Assembly: GCA_951406725.2 (NCBI GenBank)
Contig: OX597814.1
Coordinates: 11,532,001 to 11,596,000, forward strand
Direction: 5' to 3'
Origin: Octopus vulgaris
Lineage: Eukaryota
DNA length: 64,000 nt
Shown here: positions 27,185-39,842 of the stretch, piece by piece
Position numbering within the stretch: the first letter of the stretch is position 1
Layout: each line of letters opens with the position of its first letter
Notes under the pieces: generated by a model
What the model was told of the DNA's origin: nothing
What the model saw: the letters and a program-made list of their open reading frames with translations, nothing else
Databases searched by the model: none
Position numbers and translations under genes: made by a program

Positions 27185-27602
27185 CGTATGTATGTATTAT
27201 GTATGTATGTGCATATCCGCACTCTTTCTTTCACTCCCATTCTCATAGTCTCTATATTCCTGTTTTTCTCCTTTTTGCCTACTTCCTCTCTCTCTCTACC
27301 ACTCTTTGCCGCTCTACAGTTAAATGGTTTTTTTCTTTCTAAATATCTCTCCCACCCCTATTTATCTATCTATTTGTATGTCTGTCTATCTATCCACTTA
27401 TCGGTTTGTTTCTTTGTCTATCTACCCGTCTGTCTATCATTCTGCATCCTTCTTTCTAACTATCTTTCTGACTATCTATCTATCTGTCTATCTACTTCCC
27501 TCTTGCTATCTTTGTAAATGTATAGCTTCCCCTCTATTCACATATTTCCTCTATCTATCTACCTATCTATCTATCTATCTATCTATCCATCTATCCATCC
27601 AT

Positions 27603-27648
<46 letters not shown>

Positions 27649-28530
27649 AATTACCTATCTCTCCATCAGTCTATCTGTCAATGTACTTTTCTCTTTTGCT
27701 ATCTATCTAACCCACAATCTTTCTATTTTTCTCTCCCTCTATCTAACTCTCCCACTGTCTATTTTCCATCCATCTTTCTAACCAGCTTACAAGTTAGCTT
27801 ATTTCCCTCTATCATTAGCTAAGATAGCAGGGATTTTAACACACCTAACTTGAACTGGAAGGTCAAACTAACAGGAATCGATGCAAAATAATAAATACTT
27901 AATTAATCAAACTCATTTCACTTAACAATTAAACTGTTTGAAGATTTTATTTACGTGGAGGAGGAGGTGGTGGGCGATATTCTAAACAGAAAAAAAATAT
28001 ACATAAAAACCAAACTGATCAGAAATAAACAAACTGAATTTTCCTTTTTTTTTTTAAGTAGAATTAAATTCAGTGTTGTGACGTAATTATCTCTTTCTTT
28101 CCAACGTCTTTAGACTCACCTCTTCTCTCTGTCTCTCTCTTTCTCTCCCTCCTCTCTCTCTCTATCTATCTATCTATCTATCTCCCTCTATTCATATCTC
28201 TGTCTTTCTATCTATCAATCTTTCTTCCTCTTTCTTTCTCTTCTTTCATCATGTGTTTAAATGTATGAGTAGGAGATAGAATAAAAGAGGAAATGCAAAT
28301 CGAAAGCGAAAACAAGCGAAAACAAGCGAAAAACTAAAGTCTAAAGGGATGGGGGGGGAGGAAGAAGACTAAGAAGGAAAAGAAGAAATAAGGCAGTGAA
28401 TGGATACAAATTTAATTTTTGAATTAAGCAATTAAAATCAATATTTTCAGTAGCTCAAATCATTCATCTGGACATAGATATGTCGGTGACCTAGATGTAC
28501 AGCAATAACACCATCACATCAACATCATCG

Positions 28531-28584
<54 letters not shown>

Positions 28585-28600
28585 AGATCATCATCATCAA

Positions 28601-28653
<53 letters not shown>

Positions 28654-29447
28654 CTGTCGTTGTCGTTGTCATGATCATCACCACCATCATCATCGTTGTC
28701 ATCGTTATCATTATTGTCATCGTCATGATCATCACCACCGTCATTATTATTATCATCATCATCACCACTACCGCTATCATCATCATCACCAACGTCATCA
28801 TCGTCATTGTCATCGTTGTCATCATTACCATCGTCATCATCACCATCATTATTTACCTCGTCATCTTCATCGTCGTCGTCGTCGTCGTCGTCATCATCAT
28901 CATCACCTGCAGCAACACCACCACCACCACCACCACCAACACTACAACCACCAATACTACCACCGTCGTCATCATCATCATCATCATCACCTTCATTATC
29001 CCATTACCTGACAAGCTTTAATTAGATATGTGTGAACAACGCTTGTTAATGTTGTTGTTGTTATTGTAATTTAACCCCAGACCGGCGCTGATTGAGAAAG
29101 CCTGTTTGAAGACATTCAAGCCAAGATGTCCATGTTTTTCTATTATTATTATTATTTTTCTTTTTTTTCTATCTTTCAACAAGTGATTGTCTCAAATTAT
29201 TTAAGCAAGGTACGACCACAATAATACCTTTTTTTTTTTAATTCATTAACCCTTTCGTTATATAGGATGACAAGCCTTTTTCTCAAAAGTTTCCAAAGGA
29301 CCTAAATCACAATAAAAACCAATGGGTAAAAAGAAATAGAAGTATACAGAGACAATATGCCCACGGGCATATGGTGTAGTGGTTTAAGAGCGCGGGCTAC
29401 TAACCCCCAAGATTCTGAGTTCGATTCCAGGCAGTGACCTGAATAAT

Positions 29448-29520
<73 letters not shown>

Positions 29521-31419
29521 TGTCACAACAAGCGCAGAAATCTCAGCACCGCATGGATTGACTATAAAAAGGCCTTCGACAGTATACCGCATCCATGGAT
29601 CATGAGATCGCTGGACATCTTCAAAATTTTCCCTGTGATTTCAAACTTCCTGAAGCACAATATGTCGTTGTGGAATACGAATCTCCAATTATACCACTCT
29701 AATGGAGTACTTGCCTCAGAAAATATAAACATCAACTGTGGAATTTTTCAAGGTGACTCACTTTCACCTTTAATATTCTGCATAGCCCTAATACCCCTTA
29801 CAAGTGAATTAAACACAACAGGGTATGAGTATAAAATTGCCAATAAAAAAATAAGCCATCTATTTTATATGGATGACTTAAAACTTTATGGTAAAGACAA
29901 TAATGAACTTGAAGGCGTATTGCGCACTGTGAAAGCATTCAGCGATGACATCGGGATGGAGTTTGGACTTGAGAAGTGTGCCAAGGCCACTTTCCAGAAA
30001 GGGAAAGTGAAGACCACAAATTCAGTCGTGTTAGATGTTGACACAGTCATAAGAGAGCTTGAGCAAGAACAAACATACAAATATTTAGGGATAAATGAAG
30101 GCTCTGGTATTCAGCATGCAATCATGAAAGAGAAGATCAGGAAGGAATGTTATAGGAGAGTTCGTGCAGTCCTGAAATCTGAACTAAATGCACGTAACAA
30201 GGTGTTAGCTATAAATTCCTTAGCAGTTCCAGTTGTTACTTATAGCTACAATGTGTTGAACTGGAATATGAGTGAAGTAAAGAATATAGATAGAAAAATA
30301 CGCAAGCTGCTGAGTTGTAATAGGATGCACCACCCAAAGGCAGACGTAGATCGCCTTTACCTTCCCAGAGCCCAAGGAGGTCGAGGCCTGATCCAATTTG
30401 AACTAGCTTACAAAACAACCACAATTGGACTGGCCAAATATCTCGAAATATCGAATGACTGGATGCTAAAGCTCGTGGAAAATCACGAGAGACGAAAGAA
30501 GCTTCATTCTATCATAAAGGAAAGCAAAAAATTTGCTATTGATCTCGTGCAGGATACCCAAACAGAACAACCCGAGGGAAGTACGGCAATTATTGTTGCA
30601 AAGAAGGTGAAAATAATGGCAACGAAAAAAGCGCACGAGCAATTGGCTGATAGGTGGGAGGAGAAACCTCTGCACGGCAAATATGTGACCCGCAGCAAAC
30701 AAGCTGATGTTGACCAGAAGCAAACCCATCAGTGGCTACGGAGCTCAGGGCTAAAAGCAGAGAGCGAAGGTTTCATCCTGGCTGCTCAAGATCAAAGCCT
30801 ATTAACCCGGAACTACCAGGCCAATGTGATGAAAAATGGAGCAGACCCAAAATGCCGATTCTGCAACGACATGATTGAAACAGTGGACCACCTAATCTCT
30901 GGATGTAAAGTCTTAGCTCCAGTGGAGTATAAATTAAGACATGACAGAGTTGGCCAATATCTACACTGGCTAATAAGTTGGCATTACAATATCAAAACTG
31001 CCGACAAGTGGTATAATCACCACCCTGAGGTTGTAACTGAAGGAGAAAATGTAACCATTCTGTGGGACTTTCCAGTACATACAGACCGAACCATCAAGGC
31101 CAATAAACCAGATATTGTTGTGAAAGACCAAAACAATAAAGTTTGCTTATTGATCGACATGAGCATCCCCTGTGATCATAATATCTCAGCGAAAGAGTTT
31201 GACAAGCTCAGAAAATATAAAGACCTACTCATTGAAATTGAGAAAATGTGGCATCTCAAGGCGGTTACAATACCAGTGATCGTAGGAGCACTAGGAATGA
31301 TCAAGAAGGGAACCGAAAATTATATGAGAATGATCCCTGCCTTACCATCCCTGCAAGAAGTGCAAAAGATTGTCTTAACTGGTACATCTCACGTATTGAG
31401 AAGAGCATTGTCGATGTGA
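29521..31419 (+). CDS. 5'-truncated ORF of an R4/Dong-like (RLE-type) non-LTR retrotransposon: reverse transcriptase, CCHC zinc knuckle, restriction-like endonuclease
   Basis: Frame is open from 29521 (AWIDYKKAFDSIPH) through the 605-aa track ORF. RT motifs GIFQGDSLSPLIF, HLFYMDDLKLY, IGMEFGLEKC, YKYLG; CRFC-x8-H-x4-C knuckle; RHD; KPDIVV...IDMSIP...KLRKY nuclease; IPVIVGALG. No stops or frameshifts. Confidence 0.95.
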   Translation, partial: CHNKRRNLSTAWIDYKKAFDSIPHPWIMRSLDIFKIFPVISNFLKHNMSLWNTNLQLYHSNGVLASENININCGIFQGDSLSPLIFCIALIPLTSELNTTGYEYKIANKKISHLFYMDDLKLYGKDNNELEGVLRTVKAFSDDIGMEFGLEKCAKATFQKGKVKTTNSVVLDVDTVIRELEQEQTYKYLGINEGSGIQHAIMKEKIRKECYRRVRAVLKSELNARNKVLAINSLAVPVVTYSYNVLNWNMSEVKNIDRKIRKLLSCNRMHHPKADVDRLYLPRAQGGRGLIQFELAYKTTTIGLAKYLEISNDWMLKLVENHERRKKLHSIIKESKKFAIDLVQDTQTEQPEGSTAIIVAKKVKIMATKKAHEQLADRWEEKPLHGKYVTRSKQADVDQKQTHQWLRSSGLKAESEGFILAAQDQSLLTRNYQANVMKNGADPKCRFCNDMIETVDHLISGCKVLAPVEYKLRHDRVGQYLHWLISWHYNIKTADKWYNHHPEVVTEGENVTILWDFPVHTDRTIKANKPDIVVKDQNNKVCLLIDMSIPCDHNISAKEFDKLRKYKDLLIEIEKMWHLKAVTIPVIVGALGMIKKGTENYMRMIPALPSLQEVQKIVLTGTSHVLRRALSM

Positions 31420-31597
31420 GAACTGTTGCTGCTCATGTATTTTGATTTAACTTAAAAAAAAAAAAAAAATTTTTAAATGAACGATCTATTGAGTTTGGTT
31501 TAATGGCCTACCAATGTATACTATGAGTTTCTTTGCCCTAGGAGTCGGGAAGACACCCGGCAAGAAATGGAAGCAAATTTGAAAGATGAAAAAAAAA

Positions 31598-31598
<1 letters not shown>
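29521..31598 (+). mobile_element. R4/Dong-like LINE copy inserted in a (TAA)n microsatellite
   Basis: ORF above plus a ~180-bp 3' UTR ending in an A-run. (TAA)n abuts both ends (~29442-29520 and ~31599-31664). Dong-family elements are known to target (TAA)n. Confidence 0.9.
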
Positions 31599-31666
<68 letters not shown>

Positions 31667-31713
31667 TCGGAAAATACTTTAGGAATGAGAACCCAGGTTC
31701 GAAATTTTCCCAA

Positions 31714-31759
31714 GACACCTGAAGAAGGCTGGAGGGTATATCAGCCGAAACGTTGTGTT
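31714..31759 (+). ncRNA. Minimal type-I hammerhead ribozyme motif, canonical core
   Basis: GACAC-CUGAAGA-A-GGCUG(loop)CAGCC-GAAA-CG-UU-GUGUU: stem I 5 bp, stem II 5 bp, palindromic ACGU replacing stem III. Confidence 0.8.
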
Positions 31760-32200
31760 AACAACAAACAAGATGAGGACAAATATCCGTCGAATGTAAA
31801 TAATGTAAATAATGTAAATAACGTGCATAATTCCTCATCTCTTAACTATAGAACCGAAGGTTACAGAAGTTTGGGTCTGCTCGATCTGGAATATCCTGGA
31901 GCGAAACAACAATGAACATACAACAACAATTAAAAAGGAGCAAAAATAGTGCCAAATCTTGACTGAAGTCTTACTGTACCGCCATAAAAAAAATTCAGAA
32001 CTCGATAAACAAAGTGACTGTATTGCTATGGTCGGAGATGCCTTTCATTGTGTGTCTATTCGATCAAGACCTACCTGAAGCTACGCCATCTTTGAAGGAT
32101 ATAGAAATATGTCGGAGACTTCATCATCGACAAATAAATGTGCTGCAGACACTTACAGTAAACAGCATACACATACATAAATTTAGTCCATCCACACACA

Positions 32201-32305
<105 letters not shown>

Positions 32306-32315
32306 ATATATATAC

Positions 32316-32409
<94 letters not shown>

Positions 32410-32434
32410 GTGTATATATATACATATATATACA

Positions 32435-32497
<63 letters not shown>

Positions 32498-32816
32498 TTT
32501 GTTCCTTCTCGAGCCATCCCTGGCTCATAAGGGCCGGTTTCTCGGTTTCTTTAGCGTATAGGTTCCCCACCTGGACGGGACGCCGGTCCGTCGCAGGTGA
32601 GCTGCAAGATGCAGGAGGAAAGAGTGAGAGAAAGTTGTGGCGAAAGGGTCGGCAGAAGTTTCGCCATTACCTTCTGCCGGACCCGCGTTGAGCTTAGGTG
32701 TTTCGCTCATAAACACACACATCGCCCGGTCTGAGATTCGAACCCGCGAGTCCGCTGCTCTAACCACTAGGCAATACGCCTCCACACACACACATACACA
32801 CACACATACACACACA

Positions 32817-32891
<75 letters not shown>

Positions 32892-33219
32892 GCTGTTTCT
32901 AATTTAGGGGCAAGGCCTGCTGTAATTTTGAATGGAGGGTTTTAGTCGATGCAGTGGTGATGGTACTTCACTTTGATTTTTTATCAATTCAGTGTTGCTT
33001 ATCGATGAGATTGACATTTGAACCCAGAACGTGAAGCATTGCAGGGTATTTTGTCTGCTGTTCTCACGATTCTATCAATCCACCAACCTCACATGTATAC
33101 ATGATCATGAAAGGTTTTTGTCATCATCTTTATTGCTGTCACCACCACTCTTACCACTACCATCTATGCTTCAATCATTGATATGAATATCATTAAAACA
33201 GTCGAAACTAAGGAAGCAA

Positions 33220-33580
33220 ACGGGCAGAATCGTTAGCACGCCTGGCAAGATGCTTAGCGGAATTTCGTCCGTCTTTTCGGCTTGGGTTTAAATACTGCCA
33301 ACATCGAGTTAGTCTTTCATACTTTCCATGTCGATAAAATAAGTACTATTCGAGCACTGGGGTCCATATAATTGACTTGCTCCTTTCCCAAAACTTACTG
33401 ACCTTGTGGCAAAATGCCTAACGGCTTTTCGTCCGTCTTTACATTCTGAGTTTAAATATTGCTAAAGTTGACTTGGTCTTTTATCCTTTCAGGGTCGATA
33501 AAAATAGGTACCAGCTGATCACGGTCATCGCCTTGCCCCAATTCCGAAAATTACCGGCATTTCTCCAAAATTTAAAACCA
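33220..33580 (+). mobile_element. Two decayed family A SINEs
   Basis: ggcagaatcgttagcacg head; core repeated at ~33310 and ~33470. Confidence 0.75.
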
Positions 33581-34617
33581 TTACAATTGTCGAAATTACC
33601 ACCAAAACCACGGCTATCAGCAGCATCATTCCATCAACACGACCAACAGCAACACTTTGAATAATGGTGATGCCATTATGCAATCGTTTGATCTACTAGA
33701 AACCGTAGCTAAATATGTCTCGGATCAGACTCTTGTCTCATATGAAAGACCAACGTAGTTCTTGATGAGATGGTTTGAGCCGGAATTAGGGCTTTGATCA
33801 TAGGTCTGCCTAACCTAAGCTGAGCTGGAGCTAAACACGCCAGTCTTGTTACGAATCAACGAGAAATCTCCTATGTGGTCTCCCAACCTGCTAGAAATAT
33901 TAGCCAAATGTCCATCAGTTCCATCCAGCGTCACAAAAATGGTGTTGAGCTGACATGGTCTAGGATTCTCTGCATCCAGGAAAAAGAAATAGTGTTGCAT
34001 AGGTCTTGGTTGGTCTGTAGTGGAGATGCATGGCTTAGTAGCTAGGGTTTTCGGGCCACGATCGTAAGGTCATAAGTTCAATCCCTGCGACGCGTTGTGT
34101 CCTTGAGCAAGACACTATATTTCACGTTGCTCCTTCAGTCCATTCAGCTGGCACAAATGAGTAGTAACTGTATTTCAAAGGACCAGCCTTGTCACATTCT
34201 GTGTCACCTTGAATATCCCTGAGAACTACGCTAAGGACATGCATGCCTGTGGAGTGCTCAGCCACTTGCACGTTAATTTCACGAGCGGGTTTTTCCGTTG
34301 ATCGGATCAACTGGAACTTCTGTCACCGTGACCGACGGAGTGCCCAGTGCCCAGTACCCGTTGGCCTGTATCTGTATGGTACCCAAATCGGCTGCCCTCT
34401 TCCTTAAACGCCACATATCTTCGACCACAGCAAAAGCAACGAATATAAAATTAACAGCCTGTGCTAAGCCACTGGCTAAAAGACGGTGTGGTCATGGCAA
34501 GAATGCCTCTGATCATAGATAAACCTGCTCACTTATGGTTGACATAGGTCCAATCAGCAACGACAACAAAAGGCCACAATAACAACCATTATCATTAGTG
34601 TAGTCACCACACCTACT

Positions 34618-34673
<56 letters not shown>

Positions 34674-34680
34674 GCTACTG

Positions 34681-34716
<36 letters not shown>

Positions 34717-35093
34717 ATACTGCTGCTGCTACTACTACTACAACTACTATTACTACTACTTTATGATCATCATCGTCATTACCATCATCATCATCATCAT
34801 CATCATAGTTATCATACGCGTACACAAATCCCTTAACCCATTTATCTCTCACTCTACCATATTTTAATCCTCCTCACTCCTCTTTCACTCTCTCCTCTCT
34901 CTCCTTTCTCTCTCTCTCCCTCTCTCACTCTCTCTTTACCCCACTCATTCTTCTACATCTCTACTCCCCAAACCCGACCCTCCACGTTCGTCGCTCAGTC
35001 TGTCATCTTAGATAATGAAATTAATATTTTTCACGTTCTCTCTTCTGCAACATTATTTGCTTCCCTTCGTCTTCGTTTTTGCCTTCTTCATCT

Positions 35094-35388
<295 letters not shown>

Positions 35389-35544
35389 GTATACATGGAA
35401 TTATGCATGTGTACGAACGTATGTATATATCCATCGACTTCTCTCTGCCTCTTGTTCTTCCATTACCACTGGCATTCACATTAACACAGCAACCATCATT
35501 AATACCATTGCTGCTGCTGCTGCTACTGCTGCTGCTACTGCTAC

Positions 35545-35578
<34 letters not shown>

Positions 35579-36220
35579 GCTGCTGCTTCCACTGATGCTA
35601 CTGGTGCTACATGCTTTTCACTTTTGTTTTCTTCACTCAAAAGCAGGTGAAAATTAGAAGTGAAAGATGATGAGCTATGACCAGCCAAAGCTATCCCGAT
35701 CATGCCATGACCATCCATGCCTTTTGTGTATCTCACAATATGCATGCATAAATATATACATGTGGAGGCGCAATGGCCCAGTGGTTAGGGCAGCGGACTT
35801 GCGGTCGGAGGATCGTGGTTTCGATTCCCAGACCGGGCGTTGTGAGTGTTTATTGAGCGAAAACACCTAAAAGCTCCACGAGGCTCCGGCAGGGGATGGT
35901 GGTGATCCCTGCTGTACTCTTTCACCACTCTAAAAAAGGCGGTGCTCCAGCATGGCCGCAGTCAAATGACTGAAACAAGTACAAAAAAAAAAAAAAAAAA
36001 AAAAAAAATGTGCGTGTGTACTCACATATGCTATACATATATATGTTTATATATATATATATATATATATATAATCAACATCACAATCAAGGAACGGCCA
36101 TAATAGGCCATTCACCCACTAGAAATAACAGCCAAATTGATATATATATTGATTAATATATATATATATATATATAACTGTATGTAAATATATTTTGTGT
36201 GTGTGTGTGCATATATTTGC

Positions 36221-36278
<58 letters not shown>

Positions 36279-36841
36279 ACGTATGTGTGTGCGCGTGCGT
36301 TGAGCGAGTGCATTTATATACATACATACATACACACACACACACATATATATATATAGTCCAGTGCTTCTAGCTTTGCTCATGGGGAGGTTACCTCCCC
36401 TGTCAGTTTATATATATGTGCGTTTATGCAGCTTCTAGTAATATTGGTGCTATTCCGTACCTTCAGTCGCAATTAGTGACGATTAAAGTTTTGCTATATA
36501 TGTACATATATATGTATAGATATATGTACATATATGTGCATGTGTGCGAGTGAGAGAGAGAGTATGTGGGTATATACATGTATATATGAGTGTTTATATA
36601 TAGCCTCCAGTTACTATTCACTGAAAGAGACTACAAAGCTATTCTGGACGTATATCTTTTTACGCAACCAGATGGATACACGTCAGGCTGGGGATTTAGG
36701 TCAGAAAGCCTAGTTACTATGCATGTGAAAGTAAAATCCGCTGAAAGGCTTCTGTGTCTAAAAAGAAAGACGCCAAGAAAATAAAAGAGGAAAGTGTTGT
36801 TGAACATCAGTACATGAAGCAACGCCAGCAGGACCTGAAGA

Positions 36842-36910
36842 AAGGAAGTTAAAATAATACTTTAAATTGCGTGGCACTACTGTAATTTAAAGTATTATTT
36901 TAACTTCCTT
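36842..36910. repeat. Near-perfect inverted repeat, 29-bp arms, 11-nt spacer
   Basis: aaggaagttaaaataatactttaaattgc / gtaatttaaagtattattttaacttcctt. Confidence 0.9.
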
Positions 36911-37073
36911 AATTTTGAATTTATTTGAATAATAAACCAAGTTTTTTGCTTAGAAGATATGTTACCATAAGGATAACAGCGTAATTTTTTTTGAGAGTTC
37001 ATATTGAAAAAAGAGATTGCGACCTCGACGTTGGATTGAAATTGACCTTAAGGTGTAGAGGCTTTATAGGTGA

Positions 37074-37129
<56 letters not shown>

Positions 37130-37454
37130 TTACTACTACTACTACTACTACTACTGCTACTGCTGTTCTCAGTACTACCAGTTACTGCTCCGAGAAAGTC
37201 CAAAGCAGCAACAGAAACACATAGATTCATCTCGTAACTCATCAGCATGGATCTACGAGATAGAGTACCGAACAATTGAAAAGTATCCTCTCCTCCGACA
37301 AGAGCCAGCTTGAACCCCAGAGATGCGACTCCACTCCATGGTCTTGCGAAGATGAGGAGAAATATCAGCAACAAGTTTTGTGCCTGGTTTCCTGCCGGAT
37401 AGATTCCTGTATGGTTAAAGCTGGGTTTCGTCCAGATCTCGAAAAGTCTTCTTT

Positions 37455-37990
37455 TTATTTTATCATCTGTATGTTTATTTTAAGGTTTCTTGCCGATAGA
37501 GCAAGAACCGGTTTCTAACATAGATCCAAGAATTGGAATTTCATTGGAATTTCAACATCATCTATAGGGTATTTTTGTTTGTGTGTATGTATGTATGTAT
37601 GTATGTATGTATGTATGTATGTATGTATGCATGTATGTATGTATGTATGTACGTATGTATGTATGTATGTATGTATATTTGTTTGTATGTGCATATTTCT
37701 AGGTTTTATGTATGTATTCTCATGCATATCGCTGCATATCTAGACTTGCTCCCGAAAGGGGGGCGCCACGTCAAAACGGTTGAGGAGTAGGGGCCGAAAC
37801 CGGACGTGGTTCCTCCTGATGATGTCTTGAGCTAACTGGATCCTATAAAGGAGCTGTTGTGGTAGCAGACCTGCTCATAATTCTTCCTAAATGATAAACT
37901 TCTGGAAAGTTTTACAGACTTTTACAGCTCCAATGCGATGGATTGAACCTGTAATCTTCGAATTAGCATTCTTCTTTCTGGTCCTGAGAA
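37455..37990 (-). mobile_element. 3' end of the same (TACA)n-associated RLE LINE, with a ~110-bp unrelated insert (~37750-37860)
   Basis: Reverse complement matches 19085-19350 (ctgtaaaactttccagaagt; tctagatatgc; gatgttgaaattccaatgaa); internal (TACA)n expanded. Confidence 0.75.
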
Positions 37991-38492
37991 GCCCAATTTC
38001 TCACCATTGGTATTTAGGCACCACCACCGTTTACCAAATCCACTCACAAGGCTTTGGTCGGCCCGAGGCTACAGTAGAAGACACCTTCCCAAAGTGTCAC
38101 GCAGTGCGACTGAACCCGGAACCATGCGGTTGGGAACCTTCCATATCCGTATGTATAAGTTTATCTGGGTGTGTATATGCAAGCCTGTCTACGTGTACAT
38201 TTACGTATACTTGTTTATGTATATATGCGCATTTTTTTAACAGTTATGTGTTTATGTACACATGTTTGTATGCATCCACGTCTGTGTACGAAAGTGTATA
38301 TGTACGTGTGTGTGAGCGTGTGTATGTGTGTATGTATGTATATATCTGTGTGTATGTACTTATATGTATGTGTAGGTACTTATATATATATATACATATA
38401 TCTGTGTGTATGTATGTACGTATGTATGTATGCATGCATGCATGCATGCATGCATGTATGTATGTATGTATGCATGTATGTATGTATGTATG

Positions 38493-38526
<34 letters not shown>

Positions 38527-38695
38527 GGTCATAGGTTCATTAGGCTGGTTTCCTGGATTTTGTGATGTATATATTCCACCACAACCCCTGGATGGGACGC
38601 CGGTCCGTCGCAGGGTTGTTCATTTTCACTAGCTGTGTGGAGTGCAGTAACATGAAACGAAGTGTTTTGCTCAAGGACACAACGTATCACGAAGC

Positions 38696-38747
38696 TTTGT
38701 CAGTGAACAGGTCGCAGGTTTCAAAGCGACGAAAATATTTTGACAAA
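38696..38747 (+). ncRNA. Minimal hammerhead-like motif with G3:C8 core swap
   Basis: UUUGUCA-GUGAACA-G-GUCGC(loop)GCGAC-GAAA-AUAU-UU-UGACAAA; 7-bp stem I, 5-bp stem II. Confidence 0.7.
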
Positions 38748-38822
38748 TTAGATTTAAATTTTGAAGTGAATCTAACGGTTTTGTGTGTTTCTTAAATGGC
38801 TTATAAACACCTTACACGCCGC

Positions 38823-38891
<69 letters not shown>

Positions 38892-38894
<3 letters not shown>

Positions 38895-39732
38895 TGGCTT
38901 AAAGCCGGCCTATCAGGCGGCTTTTGGGCTAGTATATAACTTTTAAGCAACGGGTCCTGAATGGGAAGATCTGCAAACAGATCTCTGACCTGTTTTGCAG
39001 AATTTGTTGCAATTGCTTCCTCCAGAGTTATTTCCCAATGATGATCATATTCATCGCAAAAAAAAAAATCATGTAAAGGAAAATCGGCGAAAACAATCAG
39101 AGTAATGAAAAGATAGGGATCCAAAATTTCAGGATTGCAGGTCCGAATTCGGCCCGGAATGTTTTTAATTTACTCACGCAGGTAACCTTTAGATTATATA
39201 AATTGTTATCGTACAAAAATGTTTGTCGCAAAAAGTCACGTAAAGAAATCATCCGAAAACAATCACAGTAATGAAAACTTAGGGATCCAGAATTTCAGGA
39301 TTGTGGGTCCGGATTCTACCCCGGAATGTTTTTAATTTTGCCATGGAGTCTGACTGATTCCAAAATGGTATGACATGCTGGGCTACGGCTTCTAGGAGTA
39401 AAGTTGAGAAAGTGTGACACACTGACACACTGCTACTCACATTTATCATATTATATTATATTAAGGCGGCGAGTTGACAAAATCGTTAGCACGCCGGGCG
39501 AAATGCTTAGCGATATTTCGCCTGCCGTTAGGTTTCGAGTTCGAATTCCGTCGAAGTCGACTTAGCCTTTCATCCTTTCGGGGTCGATAAAATTAGTACC
39601 AGTTACGTACTGAAGTCCATATAATCGACATAATCCCTTCCCCTAAAATTTGAGGCCTTGTGCTTCCAGGTGAAGGGATTTATTAAAGTTGAAAAAGTGT
39701 GACACTCTGACATTCACATTTATTATATTAGG
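38892..39732 (-). mobile_element. Helitron derivative with RepHel fragment, internal duplications and nested SINE (39464-39680)
   Basis: DEYDHHWEITLEEAIATNSAKQVRDLFA resembles the conserved DD-x-W-xxx-L-x-EA...LR-x-LF segment of Helitron RepHel. Terminal inverted motif at 38893-38933; ~100-bp duplication 39075-39172 / 39241-39340. Confidence 0.65.
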
Positions 39733-39775
39733 TATGTTTAATAGGTGAGGAAACTTAATCTCAATTAAAGTGTAT

Positions 39776-39842
<67 letters not shown>

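Larger units (their letters stand above)
29365..31830 (+). mobile_element. tRNA-headed short element with internal (TAA)n and hammerhead-containing tail, split by the Dong-like LINE
   Basis: Head 29365-29441 with A-box TGGTGTAGTGG, anticodon-like arm GGG-CTACTAA-CCC and B-box GTTCGATTCC. Then (TAA)n; after the LINE, a tail 31665-31830 with an HHR motif and terminal (AATGTAAAT)n. Joining head and tail into one element is inferred from this single copy. Confidence 0.65.

Noticed and set aside
29365-29441. Genuine tRNA gene (ACT anticodon-like loop)
   Set aside because: Acceptor and D stems pair poorly and there is no oligo-T terminator; better explained as a SINE head. The same applies to the other SINE heads.
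37276-37445. AGFRP peptide reminiscent of LINE RT
   Set aside because: Five-residue match only; no neighbouring RT motifs.
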